Below, in pieces: positions 56,086 to 64,000 of a stretch of 64,000 nt of DNA. This DNA comes from Felis catus (lineage: Eukaryota). The translations under genes were made by a program, and so were the position numbers. The stretch covers positions 28,086,001 to 28,150,000 of the forward strand of contig NC_058375.1 of NCBI RefSeq assembly GCF_018350175.1. Direction: 5' to 3'. The notes beneath the pieces were generated by a model. That model did not search any database. It was not told where the DNA came from and saw only the letters and a list, made by a program, of their open reading frames with translations. The first letter of the stretch is position 1; every line of letters starts with the position of its first letter.

Positions 56086-57869
56086 CCTTGAAGGTTTGTG
56101 GCAGGAGCGGCTCCTTCGCATCAAACCTGAGCAAACCGGGGAGATGTCATTGCCTGAGTCTCAGCAAAGCCGACAGCTGATGGGATTTCTCTAACTGAGA
56201 TCAGTTCATCAAACTTGGGTAGAGCTGAGCCACTGGAAGACGGGGAGATCTGATATAATCGCGTCTGCTTAAAATGCAAAGGCTCATCGAGATTTTTGGA
56301 AGCACTGTAAGGAGAGTCTCAGTGAAGCCAGGAGGAGCGTTTAGCAGGCTCTGAGATGGAGCTGGGAGAGGAAAGCGAGCAAGGACCTGCTCTGGGCGGG
56401 GGTGGGGGTGGGGGTGGGGGAGGGCGGCAGGGGAGGGTGGAGCCCCCTGTCTCTGCTCGGCCTCTTGCTGCACCGAGACCAACAAAGGAGTAATGACACC
56501 TACTATGTGCAGCTGACCCAAGACCAGCCTCCCGGGACTGGGGTGGAGGCGTCGTGAGCCACACCCCTGCTCTTGAAAACCTCATAGTTTAATGGAGGAG
56601 GCAGACAGAGAGGAGGCAACCTGGGACCTGTTCCTGAGTAGGGTCTTTTGCCAGAGGCTCAAGGTGCTGATAAGAGAACAAGGCGGGAGACCATCACTGT
56701 AAAGCACTCAGGTCCTGGAGTCAGTTGGGGCCGGGTTCGAACTCCTGTCTCACGACCTGTTCACCCGCAGTGTGTCCTTGGGTGTTGCATCCTCTAACCC
56801 CTCTGAGCCTCACTCTCTTCATCTGTGGAAGGGCTGTAACAATTCCTACTTCTCAGGGAATCGTGAGGATTGCCGAGATCCCGTATATAAAACGCTTAGC
56901 GTCGGGCTTGGTGTTGTAGTAAGTGCCCCGCAGTGGAGCTGGCATCCGACTGGGAGGACCTGGGAAGGCTTCTGGGAGGAGGTGGGGACACCAGTGAGGA
57001 CTTGAGGGAGGGGAAGGACTTCAGCTGGTGGAAGGGGCGAGGGAGTGGCCCATATTTGTGAGGAGAGAGATAGCTGGCTCTCTGCTCGCTGCTGTCTCCC
57101 CTGTCCCCCCAGCTCTCCTAGAGACAGGGGGGAGGTCTGGGCCAGGAGTGGTGGGGGCTTGTCTCAGTACAGCAGCTTCCCTATCCCCCCGCCCTCACTG
57201 CATCAGGGCCCCCGTCTAGCCCTCCCCTCGCTCATCTTGCTCCCCCTCCCCAGTGAGTATTTAGCAGTCCTCCTGAGATGCGCTTAGCGGGGACCAATTT
57301 CCTGCCATCAGTCAGGACCGGTGGCGTTTGTAGGACAGTGTGGAGGCCTAGGAGCGGGGAGGTGGGGGGAGGAGGGAACACGTGGTGGCTTCCTTCTGGG
57401 ACCGAGTGCTTGGGGCCGCCCTCCCCTGGCTGCCATCTGTCCTTCAGGTCTGTCTGCCCCCACCCCTCTGGCTGGGGTTCCACTATGGTAAGGATGGAGG
57501 AGGAAGAGGAGTCTGGTTTGGGGGGCGGGGGGGAGGGGAGGGGAGGGAGGCGCCAGGACTGGGCTGGCTTTGGGCCTGCAGCTGGCCACTGCTGACAGCC
57601 TCCTCCAGGAAGCTTACCTGGATGCAGTCAGGCCTTCTCTCTGGGTCAGCAGGAGTCATACCTGGGTCTGCACTGCCCCCTCAATTCCCTGTTTCCTTAG
57701 CTAGACACAGAGCTACGATTTATTGAACACTATTATATGCCAGGCCCTGGGCCAAGTGCTTGATGTATATTAGCTCATTTAATTCTTTATCAACCTGGGG
57801 AGACAGTCATGATCAAAATTACCCCAATTTTTTAAGGAAATGGGTTCTGAGAGGCTGGATCATTGCATA

Positions 57870-58160
57870 AGGTCTTTTTTTCAAATGTCCCCTCCTCAGA
57901 GAATCCTTCCCTGACCACCTATTTTATTCGGTTCCTCTCCCACCTCCACCTCTGGTCTTTTCTATTTTATCATTTGATTTTCTCCTTGTTCGTGGCTTGC
58001 AGCCCCCACCGCTGGCAAACACCAGCAGAACCTGTCTGCCTCGGTCCCCTGTGTGTCTCCAAGTGGAGAGGAGCACCTACAACTGTGCATTGAACGACGA
58101 CTGTTTGTTGACGCATGAAAGAATGGATGAATGAATGAATGAATGAATGAACAAATGCCT
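57870..58160 (+). mobile_element. L2 3' end with (GAAT)n tail
   Basis: tcaaatgtcccctcctcagagaatccttccctgacc...gaatgaatgaatgaa. Confidence 0.75.
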
Positions 58161-59325
58161 CATGGCTAATAACAGCAGAGCTAGGATTCCAACCAAGAAC
58201 CAGGTGCAAAACACACTCCCTGCTGGCAGCCGCCCGCACCAATGCCTCCTGTCACTGTCCAAGCAGCTTGTGGAGGGAGGGGTCATCACCCGGAGTAGAC
58301 GTCTTGGGTCTGGAGTCCCAGCAGACCACGCTCAGCGTGATTGCTGCTCCGGCATGAACAGCATTAAGTCAAAGATGCTAACATTCAGCCCCCAGCCCCT
58401 GTTGTAGTTAGAGGATAGAGAAATCAGTTTTGAGTTGCTGGGGCAGAGGCAGGTGGCTGGGTGGCTGGGGGAGGAGGGACAACTTTCTTTGCATTTATGG
58501 ACTGGGCTTCTCACCTCTTCTGGGCCAGAGGAGGCAGACATGGCTGGATCTGCTCTCTAAACGGAGCCCAGCTGGGGTGGCGGGGGGCCCCTGAAGGGCT
58601 GGGCGCTGCTCCCTGTGCTCAGACCTGTATTAGGATTTGGGGCAGTCTATTTGTCTGGGAATAACAGGGACGGGGAGAAGGGCTTGCGGAGATGAGTGGC
58701 AGGAGAGATAAGCCTGATGTGTGACTTTCTGATGCTTGGTTGGTTTGAAAATAAGTCCTGGGCCCAGATATAGGATTGACAGGGGAATCAGAGAGGGCCG
58801 TTTGCTTTCTGCCTTCTGACTTTGAAAAGGGCCCAAGAGTCAGGAGACTGGGTCCTAATGCTGGAGGGGGGAGGGGCTGTGCCACAGGTCACCTTGGCCA
58901 GGCTACAGGGGAAGGTCGGGTGCCCAAGGCCGGTGCGTTCTGGAATCAGCCCCAGGGACTCGAAGTTTCTGGGATTTTGCCTTTGCTCCTGTTGTGGGAA
59001 GAAGGCTGAGTGCTTGGAGCTCACGGACAGAAGGGCCGTGAAGGCACTGGCCATCTTCTCCATGCATTTCCAGACCTACTCTTGGCCCTCTTCCCCTGTC
59101 TTGTGCTGCAGAGGGCTTCTCAGTGTAGACATTTCAACAGGCTCCTTTGTCCTTGGGCTGGGTGGCTGGGTCAGTGGACAGTGTTTGGGGGTAGGCTAAA
59201 CCCTCTACGAGGCCACAGCTCCGGCCACGCGGCCCTGTCCCTATAAGTGTGGCTGCGGTTCCTACACCACCGCTTACTGATTTCCCTACCTCCTGCCCCA
59301 CCTCTGTATACAGCCTCTTCACTGA

Positions 59326-59360
59326 TTTTTATTTATTTTTTAAAATGTTTATTTATTTTG

Positions 59361-59391
<31 letters not shown>

Positions 59392-59571
59392 GAATGCGAG
59401 TGCTAGCTGGGGAGGGGCAGAGAGAGAGAGGGAGAGAGAGAGGATCCCAAGCAGGCTCTGTGCTGACAGCACAGAGCCTGACACGGGGCTCGAACTCACG
59501 AACCATGAGATCATGACCTGGGCTGGAATGAAGAGTCGGACGCTTAACCGACGGAGCCACCCAGGGACCCC
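59326..59571 (-). mobile_element. Can-SINE
   Basis: (GA)n body, ggatcccaagcaggctctgtgctgacagc..gagccacccagggacccc. Confidence 0.93.
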
Positions 59572-59646
59572 TAACTTTTGTTTAATTTAACTGTGACATC
59601 TCTTTCCTGCTGGGATCCTGACTGATATATCCTGACCACAAAAAGG

Positions 59647-60477
59647 ATCTTATCTCTCGTTTCAATAGCGTTTGGAAGAAACAGACCCCGGGACACCACC
59701 TCTTCTAGCCTCTGACTGCCTTCCAACCTCCTCTGTGGTCATCTCCTCTGGGACCATCTTCCTGGCCATGCTGTGCTTCCAGAACTGGTCAACACCTTTT
59801 TCTGTGGTTAGCTCCCTATTGCCGACCAACTGTGAGCTCCCAGAGTCATTAGAATTATTCACAGCCTGTTCATCCTGCATCTGTGGGCTCTCCTCCACCC
59901 ACCTCTCACGGGGCTTCTATTTCGACCAAGATGATGTGGCTCTGAAGGGTGTGGACTCCTTCTGTAAACTGGCGGGGGAGAAGTGTGAGGGTGCCAGGCA
60001 TCTCCTGACAATGCAAAACCAGCACCGGCAGCCGTGCCCTCTTCCAGGATGTGGGGAAGCCATCCAAGATGAGTAGGGTACAACTCGGGACACCGTGGAA
60101 GCCACTTCGGCCCTGGAGGAGACCCTGAACCCAGTCTCTTTGTTTGGGATCGCATGCCCTGATTCTGCCCACACAGACCCCCATCTCTATGACTCCCTAG
60201 AGAGCTGTTCCTGGATGAGGAGGCGAAACTCACCAAGAAGGTGGGTGACCACCTGGCTAACCTCAGGCTGGGCTGGGCGAGTATCTCAATGAAAGCTTAG
60301 TCCCAAGCATGACTAGGAGGCTGGCAGCCTTTGAGGGGGGCCCTCTGTATATTCTGGGTGTTTGGGCTTCTGCCCGAGCCTCTCCTCCAGCACTAGGCAG
60401 CTTTCATACCCATCCTGGACCCTCTCCCAAGCTGTGGACCAAAGGGAAAGCATAAAGCTTTTTGCAAAACAGCCACA
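59647..60477 (+). pseudogene. FTL: Processed pseudogene of ferritin light chain, full-length mRNA copy
   Basis: Intronless. 5'UTR with IRE remnant; ATG mutated to GTG (59832); (M)SSQSH* early stop; [33 protein letters not shown] matches FTL GFYFDRDDVALEGV..ELAEEKREG..LLKMQNQ; terminal KHD-TAG 60314-60316; 3'UTR to ataaagcttttt; TSD-like acaaaaagg 59638/60478. Confidence 0.95.
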
Positions 60478-61239
60478 ACAAAAAGGGGCTCCCATGGATA
60501 TTCCCCAAGGTGGCTGTCAGTGTGGGAATAATGGAAAGGTGCTTGTTGTCTGGGTTTCCCAAGGCTCTTTCCTGCCTATGCAAGTTGGGCCAACCTAGGG
60601 GCAGAGAGAAAGCTACGCTCCTCGGGGTCAAAGGACGTGAGTGGCAGATTCTGCTCTGCCTTCCCCTCCTCTCTTCTCAGGACCTCAGGTTTCTCATCTG
60701 TAAAGCGGGTGTGGTGATAACTGTGAGGCCAGCAGGTGCCAGTTACTATATTAAGGGCTGTATATACAGGATATCGTTAGTTTTCCTCCGAAGCCCCATG
60801 AGGTGGCTTCTCTTAGCATCCCTGTTTGGTAGATGGGAAAACTGAGCCTCAGAGAGGTGAAGTGCCTTGCTCAAGGTCAAAGTCTGAACATGGTAGCCTG
60901 CAGTTCAAACCCAGGTCTCTGTGTGCTCTTAATCCCAGTGTCCTCTCTGCCCCCCGCACCCCCCCACCTTCTTGGGGAAACTCCGCCACCTTCTTGGGGA
61001 GTTTGAGACCCAGTCCTGCAGCAAGACCTTGGAATTGGCAAAGGGCAGTTTTCATGATGCCTGCTACTCAGCATGGGGACAGGCCTGGGTGGTGGGGCTG
61101 ACTCTCCTTCCCTTCCCTGTCACTCCCAAGAGAGTTGGGCACAGCTCACTTCTGGAGAATGTCACAGCACCACCCCCCACCCCGTTTCTCACCTGGGCAG
61201 AGATACTATTTTTCCTTGCTTTGCACGGCGAGAGATTGA

Positions 61240-61615
61240 TGACACTGACGGCCCCAAGTAATCACCTACTTGCGTCCACACTGGTGTCCTGCAACTTTTT
61301 AGCACCTTCCTACGGTGGCTGTGGACTTGGCTGTGCCATTGACTTTGATCGATGAGACAGTAGCCAACTTGGCGCGAGTGGTAGTTGGAAAAAGTGTTCT
61401 TTTGGACCCCTGCCACTGCCAGAAGAGCGATCTAGAGCTAGCCTGCTGGGAGATGAGAAACCATGTGGGGCAGAGCTGGGCCATCTCAGGCAAGGTCTTC
61501 CTCGACCAGCCAGTGTCCAATGGGTCAAAGATACGTGAACCAGGTGGGATCAGCCAAGCCCAGACTCATAAGAAATAATAAATGATTTTTTTTTTTTTTT
61601 AAGCCACTGGGACCC
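61240..61615 (+). mobile_element. MaLR LTR (MLT1G/H-like)
   Basis: gctagcctgctgggagatgagaaaccatgtggggcagag..gaccagcca..agaaataataaatg..taagccact. Confidence 0.65.
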
Positions 61616-62627
61616 TGTAGGTTTCTTCCTTTGAGGCGTCTCTTTCTCTACCAAGTTAGGCAACTTCTGGGCTTTCAGGCCTGGGGAGGCGAGGACGGGG
61701 GTAGGTGGGTTTCTGTGTATACCCGATGCATGGATAACATTCTTCCGGCTCCTCAGAGCCCTCGTCCCTGGGCTACTCCGCATCTTTTCTCTGAGGGGTT
61801 CCCCTGGCTCCCCAAGTCCCTAGACAAACACGAATGGGGTTCTCTTTTCTGGCCGTTTCATAAGAAGCCGAATGTGCCACAGAAGGCATGAGCCCAAAGC
61901 GGTGTGGTCCAGGGCCTTTCCACGGCCATCCCCACCCTACAATCCCATTGGAAAAGGGAGAAGGGCACCGAGGCCCTCCGAGTCTTTGGGTATAAAACCA
62001 AAGTGGTCCCCAGGTTATTTTCCTTCCCTACCCCAACCAGGTCATTCTCGGTGCTGTGAGCTGCAGGCAGGAACCCAGAACTCACTGCTGGGAGCACTAC
62101 CTTATTATCCATGGGGGAACTCTGGGGACAAGCTATAGGCAGATCATGGCCCTCCGAAACTACTGGATTAGAGGCTTGGAAGGCAGGGGCCATGTCTGAT
62201 TCATCCCTGTATCCCATGCCGAGCACAGGGTGGTAACGTGCATTTTACGGCCACTAACTCAGCCGGTGTAGCAAATGGCCCCCCAACCAACTTCTCTCTT
62301 TGCTCCTCCCTTTCCTCCTTTCTTTTCCAGGCTGCTGCTGTTCCTACAGCTCTCAGCCACTGGCTCCTGTCTCCAAGATGAAGCACTGGAGGCCTCCCCT
62401 GTCCTCCAGCTGCTCCCTGGTTCCCTTCTTCAAGAATTCTGTTGGGCTCTTCCGGAGCCCCTGCCCCTCTCGGGACCTTTCCCTGTTGCGCCGCCATTCA
62501 GGCTCCAGGGCTCCTTCTTTTGTTCACAGATGGTACCATGTGATCCACACACTTCTGCGCTTTGTTTTGTCCCTTTACACTATTTTTGGAGAGCATCCCT
62601 TAGCAAGACAGAGAGAGCTCCTCATTC

Positions 62628-63190
62628 TTTTCTATTTTTTTGAGATATAATTCACATACCATAATACGCACCCTTTTAAAGAGTACAATTCAGTGATTTT
62701 TAATATAGTCACAACGTTGTGCAACCGTCACCACTGTCTGATTCTGGAACATTCCCATCACCCCAAAGGAAACCCCTTACCCATTAGCAGCCACTCCCTA
62801 TTCTCTACGCCCGCCCCCCTTCCCCACCCCACCCACCCCCCCGCCCCGCCTCTAACAACCACTCATTTATTTTCTCTCTATGGAAATTGCCTATTCTGGA
62901 CGTTTGTTACACATGGAACCATGTGACATGTAGCCTTTTGTGTCTGGATTCTTTCAAGGCTCATCCATGTTATAGCCTTTGTCAGGACTTGACTCCCTTT
63001 CGTTGCTGAATAATATTCCGTAGTCTAGATATACCATATTGTGTTATCCATTCATCTGATGATGGACGTTTGGTTTGTTTCTACTTCTGGCTGTGCTGAA
63101 TGGTGCTGCTATGAACACATGTGTCCAAGGTGTTGTGTGGACACAGGTCTTCTATTCTCCTGGGTATGTCCTTAGGAGTGGAATTGCTCT
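62628..63190 (-). mobile_element. L1MB 3' end
   Basis: ttgagatataattcacataccata..cttttaaagagtacaattcagtg..gttgtgcaaccgtcacca..gagtggaattgct. Confidence 0.9.
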
Positions 63191-63199
63191 CTCTCCATC

Positions 63200-64000
63200 T
63201 TCACTTTTTTAATGGCCGCCTAGTATGTCATGGCTGCATATAACCACAATTTGTTGAAGCAATCACCAGCTGGTTCAGTCTCTCCCTCCTTTCCTTTAGT
63301 ATTTCAAACAATGATATGAGGAATAATCTTGTATATTCACCAGTTCACACACAACCATGTGTATCATTTCGTATAATTGCCGGAAGTGTAATTGCTGTGC
63401 CGAGGGGCACACGCATTTGCAATTTTGACAGATGTTGCCAAATTGCCTTCCCCCCACTCCAGGCTGTGCCAATGGCAATATCCGAGGTGTCGATTCCCTC
63501 CCGATCACCAACACAGCGTGCTAGCAGGCTTTTTGATCTTTGCCAATCTGGTCAGTAAGAGGTGGATTAGGGTAGTTTTATTTTGTGTTTTCTTATTAGG
63601 GGTGAGGGTAGGCGTCTTTTCAAATGTTTAAGAACTATATTTTCACTGCTGTGAACTATCTTTGTATTCTTTGTCCATTTTTCTGTTGTGCTGTTGGTCT
63701 TTTTCTTATTGATTTGTAAGAGCTCTTTATATAAGTAGGAAGTCAACACCCTACCTGTATTCAGCACCAGGTATTACTCCCAGTTTGTTGTTTTCTGACT
63801 TTGCTAATAGGTGACTTTTTCCATGAAGAGGGTTTCTATTTTTACATGGCCAATTTATCCATGTTTTTCTGTTTGGCTTCTGGGTATCTTGTCAAAGGTC
63901 TTTCCTACATTAAGATTTTTTTTTTAAAAAAACTCCCTCGTGGTTTCTTCCAGGCCACTTATTATTTCATTAAAAATGTTTAATCCTCTGGTCCATCTGG
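63200..64000 (-). mobile_element. Old L1 (L1MC/ME) ORF2 3' region, runs off window
   Basis: aattttgacagatgttgccaaattgcc..tttgccaatctg..ttcttattgatttgtaagagctctttatat. Confidence 0.8.

Noticed and set aside
3814-59571. tRNA-like A/B boxes as tRNA genes
   Set aside because: All are heads of tRNA-derived Can-SINEs followed by (CT)n and A-tails.
3814-59571. SINE orientation skew (about 16 minus vs 6 plus) as evidence of a host transcript
   Set aside because: Small sample with non-independent stacked insertions; borderline at best.
59672-60076. 134-aa ORF as a functional ferritin variant
   Set aside because: It starts at a non-ATG codon in the 5'UTR and is in the FTL frame for only about 35 codons; the true start is mutated and followed by a stop at codon 7.
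15800-62850. Several G/C-run tracts with G-quadruplex potential (15805, 27032, 56395, 57520, 62810)
   Set aside because: Expected at this GC content; no distinguishing context except the 5662-5689 tract already reported.
230-63983. Hundreds of ORFs of 60-236 aa in the ORF track
   Set aside because: They overlap SINEs, LTRs, L1/L2, TG/CA tracts or N-gaps, often use non-ATG starts, and show no recognisable domain apart from the FTL fragments.

Overview
Mammalian, GC-rich euchromatin from a feliform carnivore, most likely a cat-family genome: it holds about 22 tRNA-derived Can-SINE/SINEC_Fc-type elements. Six sized N-gaps (140-230 nt) suggest a short-read scaffold. The window is mostly intergenic or intronic and is dense in old repeats: MIR, L2, L1M, MLT1/MLT2/LTR16 LTRs, MER5/53/63/112 and Tigger13-like. 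Repeat family names come from my recollection of consensus sequences, not from a search. The only confidently named gene-derived sequence is a full-length, dead processed pseudogene of ferritin light chain (FTL, about 59647-60477, +) with a decayed iron-responsive element. Nearly all ORFs in the supplied track are repeat-derived or GC-rich noise. I found no clearly new biological system. The best leads are: (1) a candidate spliced minus-strand gene at about 1960-5690, with GC boxes, a CATAAAA box, canonical splice sites, a proline-rich ORF crossing an N-gap, and a phased CAGCTG E-box minisatellite upstream; (2) a series of non-repeat, homeodomain-motif-rich islands resembling developmental enhancers, often bracketed by TG/CA tracts; (3) two repeat-derived hairpins with the layout of known TE-born miRNAs; (4) repeated SINE re-insertion into the same target site.
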